Counted from the stretch's first letter, positions 1 to 11,721 are shown. The stretch: DNA of 64,000 bases from an uncultured Acidobacteriota bacterium (GCA_963836075.1 CAWIIB010000001.1:1120001-1184000); one strand, 5' to 3'. Translations and numbers: made by a program. The notes: generated from the sequence alone by a model not told the origin.

Positions 1-410
1 CTGTTCGCGCTGAAGGTGCAGTTGGTGATCGTTGGTGAGGTGTACGCGTCGCAGTTAATCCCACCACCGCGTAACGCATGATACCCATTTTGAATGGTGA
101 ATCCGTCCAGCACGGAATTCTCACCTTCACTGAAGAAAAAATTAAACCCGCGACCCTGCTCCTCACAGTCGATAATGCAGTTCTCCGCCCCATTCTCCGA
201 CCTGACCGTGATTGCCTTACCGAGGAAGTCGATGTCACGGTTGCCCTGACCGGTGTAAGTGCCATCGGCCACCAACACCTTGTCTCCGTCTACTGCGGCA
301 TCGATGCCCGCCTGGATAGTGGGCTGGACACCGGGGACGTGGATGACATCAGCCGAGAGCACCAAAGGGCAGCAGAGCAGTAAGAGAACAAGAATCACTG
401 TGCATCTCAT
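1..410 (-). CDS. Secreted right-handed beta-helix (pectin lyase-fold) protein, 5' part only (runs off window)
   Basis: Not in the ORF track. My translation from ATG 410 (GGGAG RBS upstream) reads MRCTVILVLLLLCCPLVLSADVIHVPGVQPTIQAGIDAAVDGDKVLVADGTYTGQGNRDIDFLGKAITVRSENGAENCIIDC..., clearly paralogous to 11813..13099 and 13145..14425. Confidence 0.9.
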   Translation of the reverse strand, partial: MRCTVILVLLLLCCPLVLSADVIHVPGVQPTIQAGIDAAVDGDKVLVADGTYTGQGNRDIDFLGKAITVRSENGAENCIIDCEEQGRGFNFFFSEGENSVLDGFTIQNGYHALRGGGINCDAYTSPTITNCTFSAN

Positions 411-717
411 GAGACAACTCCCATATTGATATATCGTGAGGGATGAAGGGTACAAATGTGCTGCAGGCCGGTGGTAACTGATGAGTGGACGGTTCACGAA
501 GGTGTGAATTGACCGCTTTGGCTGGCTGGATCCGGCCCGTTCCAAGAATTGTGTGACACCCGCCCGGAGTGGAGAAAATCAGCTGTTACGTCTGTAAAAA
601 ATAGATAGGTTACACCCTGATCGTCCATGTATTTTAACAATATCTACCAATGACAGGTTATCACAATTGGAAGGAAAGTGTCGTTTGGTTCTAGCACAGG
701 CACGCCCCTGCGCTCCA

Positions 718-831
718 GTCGTTGCCATCACCGACGGCCAGCTGGACTTCGGTACCTGGGAGCGGATCTTCTACGGCGAGTTTGATGGCCGCAGCCTTCA
801 GCGGGCGCTGGTGAAGATCATCGGGGAGTGA
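718..831 (+). pseudogene. yjbQ: 3'-terminal remnant of a YjbQ/UPF0047 gene
   Basis: Translates to [37 protein letters not shown], matching the YjbQ C-terminal motif (compare [20 protein letters not shown] in 27977..28378). The upstream sequence in this frame shows no YjbQ similarity. Confidence 0.8.
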
Positions 832-1015
832 TACCCACCCCAATGGTCCGCGGCTCCGAATAATCTACACTTTTTGTGTCACACCTGCTATGGTTATTTC
901 TTAGTATGTGGGGAGGAGACGAGGATACGCCCGACTTCAGGCCGATTTCAGGGCCAGACGTTCGGCTGCTCGACCCTGACTGCAAAAACGAAAATCGATC
1001 ACGAAAAGGAAACCA

Positions 1016-1717
1016 ATGATGAATCACCGAAAGTTTTTGAATGCGGCTTTATGTGTATTGATCGCCCTCACCTTGTCCGGAATTGGAACAGCAGTCGTCC
1101 TGGCTGAGGAAACGGATGAGCCGGAGAAGTTGATCGGCGACATGAAGGGCGCCTACGTCCGGCTGGTCTACAACTCGGAGGGCTGGGTCGTGCTGGGGTA
1201 CAAGGCGGCGAACAACTCGCTGGACCAGGAGTGGCTGCTGCTGGAAGTGGGCATGACGCTGATCAAGGGCCAGGCGAACCAGGAATGCGTTCGGGAAGAC
1301 CTCTCGGTGCTCACACCTGATGGGGAGATCATCCCCATGGCCACCCAGGTGGAATTCGGTAAGGCCGGACACCTCAAGGCGCTGAACAAGAGAGCCGACA
1401 TGCAGCGGGACAACATCAACTACTTCCCCACCGGAACCACCATTCCCTGCCGCATCGGCTTCTTCTCGGACCCCACGGACAGCTCATTGAAACCCTATGA
1501 CAAGTTCGAGCTGGCCTACGGGCGCGGCTGCCTCGGCCGCATTTTCTTCAAGATCCCCGGCGGCATCAAGATGGGCCGCTACTTTCTGCTGGTGCAGTTC
1601 GACAACAGCGTGATCAAGGTACCGTTCAAGATCATGACCTCCAAGGAAGCCAGCGAAAATTACAAGACCTGGCAAAAGATGCAGAAAGAGGCGAAGAAAG
1701 CCAACAAAGCGAGCTGA
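1016..1717 (+). CDS. Secreted hypothetical protein
   Basis: 233 aa, Sec-type signal peptide (ending VLA/EE), GC3-rich codon usage, followed by an intrinsic terminator. Confidence 0.8.
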   Translation: MMNHRKFLNAALCVLIALTLSGIGTAVVLAEETDEPEKLIGDMKGAYVRLVYNSEGWVVLGYKAANNSLDQEWLLLEVGMTLIKGQANQECVREDLSVLTPDGEIIPMATQVEFGKAGHLKALNKRADMQRDNINYFPTGTTIPCRIGFFSDPTDSSLKPYDKFELAYGRGCLGRIFFKIPGGIKMGRYFLLVQFDNSVIKVPFKIMTSKEASENYKTWQKMQKEAKKANKAS

Positions 1718-1753
1718 CCACCGCCCGGACGCATCAAGCACGCTTATGAATCG

Positions 1754-1786
1754 AAAGGGGTTGGCCGATTCGGCCAACCCCTTTTT
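1754..1786 (+). terminator. Rho-independent terminator
   Basis: AAAGGGGTTGGCCG-ATT-CGGCCAACCCC followed by a T-run. Confidence 0.85.
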
Positions 1787-1974
1787 CTCTGTCCGGCACC
1801 ATCCCCGCTTTCCAATCCCCTCCACCCACTTGTCAAAAGTAAAGAAATACATAAAGAGTCGCAATGGTTTTCTCGATATGAATACCATCGGAGTGGGTCG
1901 GTGATGAATCAGTTTGCTCATGTTGGGTGTTGACCAGGAAGTCCCTGTTCAGCGATGTCTCCGAGGGGTAGCAG

Positions 1975-3976
1975 ATGGGCGACGAGCGATTCGGCAACAG
2001 GCTTGTGGAGGAGGGGCTGGTCAACCAGCGCCAGCTCGACGAAGCAATCCAGATCCAGCAGCAGGGCAATACCAATAAACCGATCGGGCAGATCCTCCAG
2101 GAGCTTGGCGTTCTGACCAAGAGACAGCTCGATTTCGTGCTGGACAAGTATAAAAAGAGAAACTACCTGGGCGAGATCCTGGTCAATCGGAAGGAGATCA
2201 ACCGGGAGCAGCTGAAGTTCGCTCTGGAGGAGCAGAAGGTATCCGGGCTCCCCCTGGGTGAGACACTGGTCAGGTTGAACTTCATCACCGAAGAGATCAT
2301 GCGGGAATCGCTCTGCGTGCAGTTGAACATCGCCTTCATCGACCTGGAGAAGTACCATCTCCCGGACGACCTGAAAAAGCTGATCAACAGGAACTACGCC
2401 CGCAAGCACTCAATCATCCCGGTGAGCCGGATCGGCAGTAACATCACGCTGGCGATGAACGATCCCACGGACCGGGCAGTGATCGAAGAGCTCCAGTCGT
2501 TCACCGGGCTGACCATCAACCCGGTCACCTCGACCCAGACCAGCATCAAGAGGGCATTCAACCGGCTCTACGGTGACGAGAAAATTGAGGAGCCGGGGGA
2601 TCGGCAACGCTACGACGTGATTCTGGAGGAGTCGAAAAAAAGCCCTGATGAACCGGAGCAGCCGGATGAGGATCAGGCGCTGCGAAAAGCCGACCAGATC
2701 GTCAGGGACATCATCAGGGCGGCCACCGAGCACGGCGCCAGCGACATTCACCTGGAAACCCTGGAACGTCAGATGACCGTTCGGTTCAGGATTGACGGCG
2801 TGCTCAAGGATCTGGCCATCCCCAATCTGGAAGAAGCCCTGGCGGCCAACCAGCGGTCCATCACGTCGCGGCTCAAGATTCTGGCCTGCCTCGACATCGC
2901 TGAGAAGCGGCGACCGCAGGACGGGAGCTTCCGGGTCCTGACACATCGGGGTGGTGAAATGATCCACCTCGACTTCCGGCTCTCGGTTATTCCCGGCTAC
3001 CACGGTGAGAACGTTGTGCTGCGGATTCTGGACCAGCGCGCGGCGCCGCGGTCGATCAAGCAGCTCGGTTTTTATGATCAGATCGACAAAGAGCTGCGCA
3101 AGGCCCTCAGTTCCACGGAAGGGATCTTCCTGGTCACCGGGCCTACGGGTTCCGGAAAGAGCACCACTCTGTTCGGCATCCTGATGCACCTGCACAAGCC
3201 AACGGTCAAGATTCTCACCGCCGAGGATCCCATCGAGTATGTCTACGAATCATTTATCCAGTGCGAGGTCAACGAGAGGATCGGCAACACCTTTGCCGGC
3301 TACCTTCGCTCGTTCCTGCGCCATGACCCGGAAGTGATCATGGTGGGTGAGATCCGCGACCAGGAGACGGCGGAGATGGCCTTCCGCGCCGCGCAGACCG
3401 GCCACATGCTGCTGAGCACACTGCACACCAACGATGCCGTCAGTGCCGTGACGCGGCTGATGGATATGGGCGTGGACAAGAACCTGATCGCCTCCTCGCT
3501 CCGGGGTGTCCTGGCCCAGCGCCTGGTGCGTCAAATCTGCACTGAGTGCAAAGAGGAGTACAGCCCCCCCGGCGGATCTGATCAAGGAGTTTTTCAGCTC
3601 TCCCGTCACAGACATCACCTGGTACAAGGGGGCGGGATGTCCGCACTGCAACTATACCGGGTACAAGGGACGGATGGCGCTGGGAGAATTGTGGATCCCC
3701 AGCGAGAGCGACATTCTGATGATCAACAAGGGAGCGCCCATCGAGGAGATCAAACAGAGCGCCTCGGAGAGCACCGTCTTTATGATGGACGATGCGATGG
3801 GCAAACTGAGGGAGGGCAAAACAAACCTCGAAGAGCTGATCCGCATGCTCCCCTATTCCAGCGTGTATCACAACCGTCAGAAGATGGCCGCAAAGGTGAA
3901 GCCAGCCAGAAAACCGGCCCGTAAAAAAGTCGTCGCCAAAACAAAGAAAGCGGCCGCTTCAGGAAAAGCGACCTAG
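1975..3976 (+). CDS. PilB/GspE-family secretion ATPase with N-terminal MshEN repeats (frameshifted near 3570)
   Basis: Motifs ASDIH, RFRIDG, DIAEKRRPQDG, Walker A GPTGSGKST, EDPIEY, LRHDPEVIMVGEIRD, TGHMLLSTLHTN and CTEC. The frame continues in ORF 3506..3976 (GCPHCNYTGYKGR) after a C7 run at 3564-3570. Confidence 0.9.
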
Positions 3977-4040
3977 CCCCGGAAAGAGCACGCCACCAGC
4001 AAACTCGGGCCCGCTGGGCCAGTCACCCCACGGACACACC

Positions 4041-6129
4041 TCAGTTGCGTTCTGGAAACTCCACTGGGCCGTGAGGCTGGTCGAGAGTCTCGCGCACCTT
4101 CTTCAGGAGATCGAAGGGTTCGAACGGCTTGAGGATCAGCTGGAAACCGTTGGCGGTCAGGTAGTCGGGCGGGATGATCTCGGCGCTGTACCCACTGCAG
4201 AAGAGAACGCCCACGTTCGGCTTGACCCTCTTCAGCCGGCTGCAGACTTCCATACCGTTGAGCTTGGGCATCACTACGTCGAGCAACGCGAGTTTGATCT
4301 CACTGGCGTATTCCTCGAAGAGGCATACCGCCTCTTCGCCATCGGCGGCGGCCAGGACATTGTACCCCGCATCGGCCATGATCTGCTTGCTCCACTCCCT
4401 GACGAACTCGTTGTCCTCGGCCACCAGGATCGTTTCACTGCCGGCCACCACCGACTCCTGGTCGAGATCTTTCGGCGCGGCCTGGTCCACCGGATGACTC
4501 ACTTCAGGCAGATACACATTGAAGGTGGTCCCCTCTCCGGGCTCGCTGTCCACATCGATGAACCCGCAGTGCTGCCTGACGATTCCGTAAACCGTGGCCA
4601 GTCCCAAGCCGGTCCCCTTCCCTTCATCCTTGGTGGTGAAGAACGGCTCGAATATCTGGTTGAGCGTATTGCCGTCCATCCCGATGCCCGTATCGGTTAC
4701 GCTGATCAACACGTAGTGTCCGGGCTGGGCCCAGGGGTGCTGGGCGCAATAGGACTGACCGATATCCACGTTGCGGGTTTCGATGGTGATGCTGCCGCCT
4801 TCGGACATGGCGTCGCGGGCATTGATACAGAGGTTCATCAGCACCTGCTCCACCTGGTTGGGATCCGCGTGAACCGTTTTCAAATCGTCGTCCAGAATCG
4901 TTACCAGCTTCACATTCTCACCCAACAGTCTGTTCAGCATGTTCAGCAGCTCATCGATCACCTTGTTCAGAGCCAGGTAACGGGGCTGCAATGTCTGTCG
5001 CCGGCCAAAGGCCAGCAGCTGGCTGGTGAGCTTCGCAGCCTGCTGGGACGCCTTGCCTGCCTGATCGAGGTAGCTCTTGTCCCTTGTCGTTCTCAGGAAA
5101 CCTAAGCCGGGCCAGGTCGCAATACCCGGTTATGGCCTGCAGCAGGTTGTTGAAGTCGTGCGCCACACCGCCGGCCAGTTGTCCCAGGGCGGTGAGCTTT
5201 TCAGCCTGTATTACCTGCTGCTGGGTATCGCCGATCACTTTTTTCTGCTCCATGACCGTCTGTTTGAGCTTGATCGCCATCTCCCGCTCCTGCTTGAGCA
5301 GCCTGGCATTTTCGATGGCGTAGCCGATCTGGCCCAGAAGTGCGGTGAGAAATTGCTGGTTTTCGCTGTTGAAAGGCCCACCGGTGCTTCGTTCCGAAAG
5401 ACACAGCGTGCCGATGGTTCCGGTCTTGGTATTCAGCGGCATGATCAGGAATGATGGTGAGGAGTAGACGCTGTCTCTGTTCTCAGATCGCAGTTCCTCA
5501 GCCTCGTCGATATTTTCCACCAGCAGCGGTCTGCCGGATGTAATCACTCTGCCGGCGAGAGTGCTCTCCACCGGTACCAGCTGGTTCGGCCGTTCCGATA
5601 TCCAGCCCTCCACCGCCACCACCTCCATGGTCACCCCGTCCTCCTGCAGCAACATGATCGTGCCACGCCGGGCCTGGGTGGCGGAAGCCGCCTTGGCCAG
5701 AACCAGCTTCAGCAGTTCGTGGATATCGGGCACCTTGGCTGTAATTTCTGATATTTCCGCCAGGGTGGCGGACTGGTGGATGAACTTGTCCAGCTTCGCG
5801 GCGTTGTGCCGGAAATCTTCGGTCAGTTTGTTGAGATCATTGATGATCTCAACCATTTCCCGCAGCTGGGTCGAGGATTTGTCAGGCTTGATTCCCCCGG
5901 CGGACCCGGCGGTGACCGCTTTCAGCCCGGTACGAAACGACCCGATGGCCCGGGCCATGGACCAGAGCAGATAGAACCCGCACGCTGAAAGAATGAAGAG
6001 GAAGATGAGGGCCAGCACCTTCCCCTCGAGATGGTCGCGAAAGAGGTAGAACACGGTGAGCGATGGGAGAACCAGCAGCAGGAGCACTGCTCGCAGCAGA
6101 ATACGATTTATTCCGGGTTCATTCGCCAT
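4041..6129 (-). CDS. Membrane hybrid sensor histidine kinase (2TM-GAF-HisKA-HATPase-REC), frameshifted near 5082
   Basis: GAF region and [14 protein letters not shown]-box in the 4951..6213 frame. [30 protein letters not shown] and the receiver (LLDVVMP) lie in the 4041..4991 frame. Removing one base restores [41 protein letters not shown] before ATG 6129. Confidence 0.9.
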
Positions 6130-6416
6130 GGAAACTCCTCCGTCAGCCTGCGCGAAATCCTGCTGCCGAACACAGCCCAGCCTTTGCCCTGCCGATATTC
6201 TATTAATCGGCATATTGGCTCTCAGGATAAGATTTTTTCACGGTTTCCCGGCTATCAGGAGCTACCGCCCGGGCTGGACCTGGACGCGACCGGGGGTGGG
6301 GAGTGATCTCAGGGGGGAACTGGCTGACCAGGTCGGTCTCGGCAGCGATGTGCCCGAATGAAGCCCGGGTCACACCGGCTGCCAGTTTCCCCACGGCCTC
6401 CTGGTCCGGGAGACGT

Positions 6417-7400
6417 TCATGAGCCCGACGTGACAACCACGGTACTGCAGGCGGCCATGCAGGCCACCATTGCCGCCTGCTGGGCCTCGATTATCGCTTG
6501 CACGGCACGGAGGTTTGCCGCCGCTTCCGCGCCCTTGAGCCCTGTGGCCCGTTCCGCTTCCTCGGCCAGAACGATGCCGGCGGCAATGGAAAAGGCGATG
6601 TCCGCCTGGGGCCGCGGTTTCACCGCCCGCAACTGATCACGGTAGCGGATCACCCGTGTGGAAACCTCATCCACCGCGGTTCCGCTGAGCACCAGCAGGG
6701 CCACCTCGTCATACTGGCTCTGCCAGACCCGCTGCCCCTTCTCCTTCAAGGCCGCGGCCATCTGCGCGAACCGCTCGGCGGCCATGTGAGGGCCATGGCT
6801 GGAGAACATCATCAGGTGCGAGACCAGTTGAAGCTGGTTGCCCATGCTGAACTTGGCCTTGCGCAGCGCCTTGTATATTTCCTCCACCTCCAGGCCCAGT
6901 TGCTCGGGGTCGGCTCCGCGGGAGGCATGCATCGCTGCCATGGGGTAGTCGTCCACGCCGGTGAGAAAACGGTGGTCCACGGCCCAGCGATCGAGAATCT
7001 GTTTCATCCGGGCGATCTTGTCGAACCGCACGCTGCCGCCGCCGGCGTCGAGCACCAGCAGCAGGGCCGCCAGCAGCGGGTGGGTGCCGCCCTTTCTCAG
7101 TTTGTGCTGTTTGAACGCGTCGAGAGTTTCCTTTACCCGCTGTACCGTGGTCGCCGGATCGAGGTCACGGCGGATCAAAATCGCCGCCACCGCGTGCCGG
7201 ATGGACGAGGTTAGCGGCGAAAAGCCCCCGGCCTGCTTTGACAGCACCCTTGCCGTCTCCTCGAATCGGGCGCCCAGGTCGGTCAGCTCGGTGGCGGCCA
7301 GGGTCAGTGCGGCGAAGCGAAGGACGTTGCTGTCGGTGCTCCAGCGCTTGCTGCTTCTCAGTCCTTCGTAAACCTCAAGGTAGCGTTCAACAGTGCTCAT
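6417..7400 (-). CDS. DUF4003-like protein
   Basis: Helical protein with FLTGVDDY and GNQLQLVSH motifs and the characteristic IIEAQQAAMVA...small-residue C-terminus. Confidence 0.7.
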   Translation of the reverse strand: MSTVERYLEVYEGLRSSKRWSTDSNVLRFAALTLAATELTDLGARFEETARVLSKQAGGFSPLTSSIRHAVAAILIRRDLDPATTVQRVKETLDAFKQHKLRKGGTHPLLAALLLVLDAGGGSVRFDKIARMKQILDRWAVDHRFLTGVDDYPMAAMHASRGADPEQLGLEVEEIYKALRKAKFSMGNQLQLVSHLMMFSSHGPHMAAERFAQMAAALKEKGQRVWQSQYDEVALLVLSGTAVDEVSTRVIRYRDQLRAVKPRPQADIAFSIAAGIVLAEEAERATGLKGAEAAANLRAVQAIIEAQQAAMVACMAACSTVVVTSGS

Positions 7401-7555
7401 TGGCCTCTCCGTTGGTCACGGGCCGCCGGCTCACCGGCCCGGCGAAGGTGGTTAATGTTCTCTCCCCGCGTCATCAGCCCAAGTATAATGACAGTTACGC
7501 AGTAGAAGCGAAGAATATTCCCTGCGGGTCGCGGGGCGAGGGAAGGAGAGAACCG

Positions 7556-8587
7556 ATGACCATGAGATACAAGCTGCTGGGAAAAAGCGGGCTGCGGGTT
7601 TCCGAACTCTGCCTCGGCACAATGACCTTTGGCACCGAGTGGGGCTGGGGGGCCACGAAGACGGAAAGCCGGAAGATCTTCAACGCCTACGCCAATGCGG
7701 GCGGCAACTTCATCGACACCGCCAACCGCTACACTGAAGGGACCAGCGAGAAGATCGTCGGCGAGCTGGTGGCCGCTGACCGGGAGCACTTCGTACTGGC
7801 CACCAAGTACACCCTGCACATGCGGCGGGACGATCCCAACTTCTGCGGCAACCACCGCAAAAACATGGTGCAGTCCCTGGAGGCCAGCCTCCGGCGTCTG
7901 GGAACCGACTACCTCGATCTCTTCTGGGTCCATGCCTGGGACTTCATGACCCCGGTGGAGGAGGTGATGCGCGGCCTCGATGACCTGGTGCGGGCGGGCA
8001 AGGTGCTCTATGTGGGGATCTCCGACACCCCGGCCTGGATCGTCTCCCAGGCCAACACCATGGCCGCGCTGCGCGGCTGGACGCCCTTTGTGGCCCTGCA
8101 GATCAAGTACAGCCTGCTGGAGCGGACCGTGGAACGGGACCTGATGCCCATGGCCCGAGCCTTTGACCTCGCTGTCACGCCCTGGGGTATCCTCGGCGGC
8201 GGTGTGCTCACCGGCAAATACAACCAGGGCAAAGGCAAGGGCGGCCGAGTGGAGATGATGGACGGGCTGATCAAGGAACAGCTGGCCATGGCGGCAAAGA
8301 TACTGAAGATGGCCGAAAAAGTCGGCTGCACACCCAGCCAGGTGGCGCTGAACTGGGTGCGGCAGCAGCCTGGCCTGATCCTGCCGATCATCGGCGCACG
8401 CACGGTCAAACAGGTCAAGGACAACATCGGAGCGCTGGAATACAGTCTCACCCGGGGTCAGTTGGCCATTCTGGACAAAGCAAGCCGGATCGAACCCGGG
8501 TTCCCCCACGAATTCCTGGCCAAGGAGAATATCCGCGACATCGTCTTCGGCGGAACACAGGATATGGTGGACAATCACAGGAGTTGA
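7556..8587 (+). CDS. Aldo/keto reductase
   Basis: GLRVSELCLGTMTFG, GGNFIDTANRY, SLRRLGTDYLDL, GKVLYVGISD. GGAGAG RBS before ATG 7556. Confidence 0.95.
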   Translation: MTMRYKLLGKSGLRVSELCLGTMTFGTEWGWGATKTESRKIFNAYANAGGNFIDTANRYTEGTSEKIVGELVAADREHFVLATKYTLHMRRDDPNFCGNHRKNMVQSLEASLRRLGTDYLDLFWVHAWDFMTPVEEVMRGLDDLVRAGKVLYVGISDTPAWIVSQANTMAALRGWTPFVALQIKYSLLERTVERDLMPMARAFDLAVTPWGILGGGVLTGKYNQGKGKGGRVEMMDGLIKEQLAMAAKILKMAEKVGCTPSQVALNWVRQQPGLILPIIGARTVKQVKDNIGALEYSLTRGQLAILDKASRIEPGFPHEFLAKENIRDIVFGGTQDMVDNHRS

Positions 8588-9051
8588 TCCTGAAAAGAAT
8601 GTAACTTTTAAGCAGCTGGTTGCTTCTTAACTGCATGAGGCGTCGCCCACACCGCGGAAGGGCGGGGGACTGACGCTATACTGCACATTCCATAAGCCTT
8701 GCGACGCACATCAACACCGCACGTATTCCAATGTCAGTCTTATTCCCACGTATATACAAGTAGATTATGGGCATTTAGTCCTTTACAAATCGAGGAATAG
8801 AAATTATATTTAGAGGGTCAAGATCGCGCGGATAGAACCGGGAAGTTGTCTACTGAAGTCTAGCAGGTCAAGAAGAGCTACGCATCAGCCAGCCATCCCC
8901 TCCACTACCCCTCTTCCAGCGCTCAATCAGTATTCCGTACGCCGGCCCCGGGACGAATTGTCGCCACGGCGGCCGGCACAATACCTGGGATCGATACGAT
9001 ATCAATGCTTTCGTGTCTCGGAATCATGATCGTCACTTCACGGAGGAACAG

Positions 9052-11721
9052 ATGATTCAGTTCAACAGAATCCGGAAGTCGGCCACATTCGCTCTGGCCT
9101 TCATCCTCGCCCTCTCCCTGCCCTGTCTCGCGGACGGGCCGGAATCATTCTCAACGATCCACCTGAAATACCAACTGTTCAGCCCGGCTGACGGCGAGCC
9201 GGACATGCCGGCGACACTGAAAGCCGACAGCGGAAACCCGGTCCGCCTGGTCCAGGTGACCGGCCCGCTGACCTCGGAGGAAATCCTCTCCCTCGAAGCC
9301 GCCGGTGCCACACTCCTCGGATACATGCAGGAAAACACCTATATCGCCCAGGTACCTGGAAGTGCGCTCAAGACCCTCGAGACCTTGCCCGTTGTGGTCT
9401 GGACCGGTCACTACCACCCGGCCTACAAGATCCAGTCCGGCCTGCTCCAGCGCGGCGAGGAGCGGATCGAGGTAAACATGGTGATCTTCCGCCAGCTGGA
9501 CGACGAGGCCCGGCGTGATGAGATCCACACCGCGGTGAGCAGCCTCGGTGGGGAAATCACGGCCGAGGATCAGTGGTCGATGACGATGCGCGCCCTGGTG
9601 CCCCCGGCCGCGGTTGCCGACCTGGCTGCCCTGCCCCAGATCAGCTGGATCGACCGCTACGATCCGCCGGTGACCAACATGAACAACATCCGCATCAGCA
9701 CCGGCGCAACCACCGCCTGGAGCGGCGGGTACAACGGCACCGGCATCGTCGGCGAAGTCAAGGACAACGGCATCGAGCAGGGCCACCCCGACTTCGGCAA
9801 CCTGATCGGAACCTATGGGGGCCCGACGGTGGACTCCCACGGCACGTGCACCTTCGGCATCGTCTTCGGTGACGGCAGCGGCAGCGGCAACGCCAGCGGC
9901 ATGATGCCCGACGGCGGCGGCGTGTTCTGCGACTGGTATGCCAGCCGCGGCGCCTCGCTGAACAACCTGGTCAACACCTGGGGCGGTGTATTCCAGTCGA
10001 ACAGCTGGAGCCAGGGCTGGACCGACAGTGACTACAACAGCTACTCCCAGGAGGACGACCAGGCCATCGTCGACTACGACGCGATGATGTTCTACTCGGC
10101 CAGCAACAGCAACTACGGCGTGGGCTCCGAGACCTGCTCGGTGGATGCCGCGGCCAAGAACACCGTGGCCGTGGGCGCCGTGTTCCACCAGAATACCTCC
10201 ACGCTCACTGACGACCAGTGGGAAAACCACGGTTCCGGCAACACGCCGGGCCAGGGCCCGGCGGCCGACGGCCGAATCAAGCCCGACCTCTGCGGGTTCT
10301 TCGACTGGATCTACTGCACCGACCGCACCGGCTCATCCGGTTACTCCTACACCAACTACTACGATGACTTCGGCGGCACCAGCGGGGCCTGCCCCATCGT
10401 GGCCGGCGGAGCCGGCCTGGCCTACGAGATGTACGAGGCCAATCACTTCGGGAACAACCCGGGGGGCGGCACCCCGCACTCGGCCACGATCAAGGCGATG
10501 CTTATCGCCAATGCCTATCAGTACAGCCTCTCCGACGCCACCCGCTACCAGCAGGGCTGGGGCCTGGTGGACGTGGACCGGATTTACGATGCCGGCCCCA
10601 ACATGTTCATCCAGGACGGCGGCAACCCGCTGAGCACCGGCCAGAGCTGGTCCACCGCGGTGGAGCGCCAGAGCGCCGGCGAACCGATGAAGATCAGCCT
10701 GGTCTGGAATGACGAGCCCGGCGAGTCCTCCAGCTCCAAGGCACTGATCAACGACCTCGACCTCACCGTCACCTCACCCGGCGGCACTGTCTACCGCGGC
10801 AACGTGGGTCTGGTGAACAACCTGTGGTCATCCTCCGGCGGCTCCTCGGACCGGCTGAACAACGTGGAGAACGTCTTCATCCAGAATCCCGAATCCGGGA
10901 CCTGGACCATCCAGGTCAGCGCCTACAACGTGGCCCAGGACAACGACCCGGCCGGTGGAGTCAACCAGGACTTCTCGGTGGTGGCCTCGATGGTCTACGG
11001 CAGCTGCCTCGACGACATCTACGAGCCGAACAACAGCTTCGCCACGGCGGCCGCACCCTTCGGCGGCACGATCAGCGAGCTGCGGATCTGCGATGGGGAC
11101 GAGGATTATTTCAGCTTCTACGCCGAGGCGGGAAACAACATCCAGGTGGACATCGACTTCATCCACGCTGACGGTGACCTCAGCCTCTACCTTTACGGCC
11201 CGAGCCAGTCGCTGCTGGACAGTTCCACAACCTCCACCGATGGAGAGACCGTCTCGGCCACCGCGGTGAGCGCCACCGGAGACTACTTCGCGCGGGTCAT
11301 CGGGGTCGGCAGCGCGGAGAACACCTACGACCTGACCACCACGGTGGCCGGCCTGGCCCAGACGATCCATACCGACCTCGGCTGTATTCCCGACACGGGC
11401 AACCTGCCCTACGTCGTGCAGCTCTGGTCCTCGTTGTGCAACGACAACAACATCACCCGCCGTATCGCCGGCCACCTCGATGTCCAGATCGCCAGCGGCA
11501 CCAACTACTTCAACTGGCGGGCGGGATACACCAATGTCGCTCCCGGCAGCTGCTACCTCGGCATCATCGGTGTCAACCTGCCGTCCCTGGGGTCGCTGGT
11601 GGGTGTCAATACCTTCACCCTGGTGGGTGAGGATGTCACCGCCGCCCCGTACAACCAGCCGCCATATTCGCCGTCGGGCGACACCGACATCAGCATCTGC
11701 ACCTCCACCGCTTCCAACTAG
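9052..11721 (+). CDS. Secreted S8 subtilase with PPC-like domain and shared C-terminal PYNQPP domain
   Basis: Signal peptide and propeptide; triad motifs VKDNG / SHGT / GGTSGA, plus GRIKPD and LINDLDL...NNVE. DDIYEPNN PPC-like module; terminal WRAGYTN...PYNQPP domain. GGAGG RBS. Confidence 0.9.
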   Translation: MIQFNRIRKSATFALAFILALSLPCLADGPESFSTIHLKYQLFSPADGEPDMPATLKADSGNPVRLVQVTGPLTSEEILSLEAAGATLLGYMQENTYIAQVPGSALKTLETLPVVVWTGHYHPAYKIQSGLLQRGEERIEVNMVIFRQLDDEARRDEIHTAVSSLGGEITAEDQWSMTMRALVPPAAVADLAALPQISWIDRYDPPVTNMNNIRISTGATTAWSGGYNGTGIVGEVKDNGIEQGHPDFGNLIGTYGGPTVDSHGTCTFGIVFGDGSGSGNASGMMPDGGGVFCDWYASRGASLNNLVNTWGGVFQSNSWSQGWTDSDYNSYSQEDDQAIVDYDAMMFYSASNSNYGVGSETCSVDAAAKNTVAVGAVFHQNTSTLTDDQWENHGSGNTPGQGPAADGRIKPDLCGFFDWIYCTDRTGSSGYSYTNYYDDFGGTSGACPIVAGGAGLAYEMYEANHFGNNPGGGTPHSATIKAMLIANAYQYSLSDATRYQQGWGLVDVDRIYDAGPNMFIQDGGNPLSTGQSWSTAVERQSAGEPMKISLVWNDEPGESSSSKALINDLDLTVTSPGGTVYRGNVGLVNNLWSSSGGSSDRLNNVENVFIQNPESGTWTIQVSAYNVAQDNDPAGGVNQDFSVVASMVYGSCLDDIYEPNNSFATAAAPFGGTISELRICDGDEDYFSFYAEAGNNIQVDIDFIHADGDLSLYLYGPSQSLLDSSTTSTDGETVSATAVSATGDYFARVIGVGSAENTYDLTTTVAGLAQTIHTDLGCIPDTGNLPYVVQLWSSLCNDNNITRRIAGHLDVQIASGTNYFNWRAGYTNVAPGSCYLGIIGVNLPSLGSLVGVNTFTLVGEDVTAAPYNQPPYSPSGDTDISICTSTASN

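Noticed and set aside
78-383. 101-aa plus-strand ORF
   Set aside because: Antisense shadow of the minus-strand beta-helix gene 1..410.
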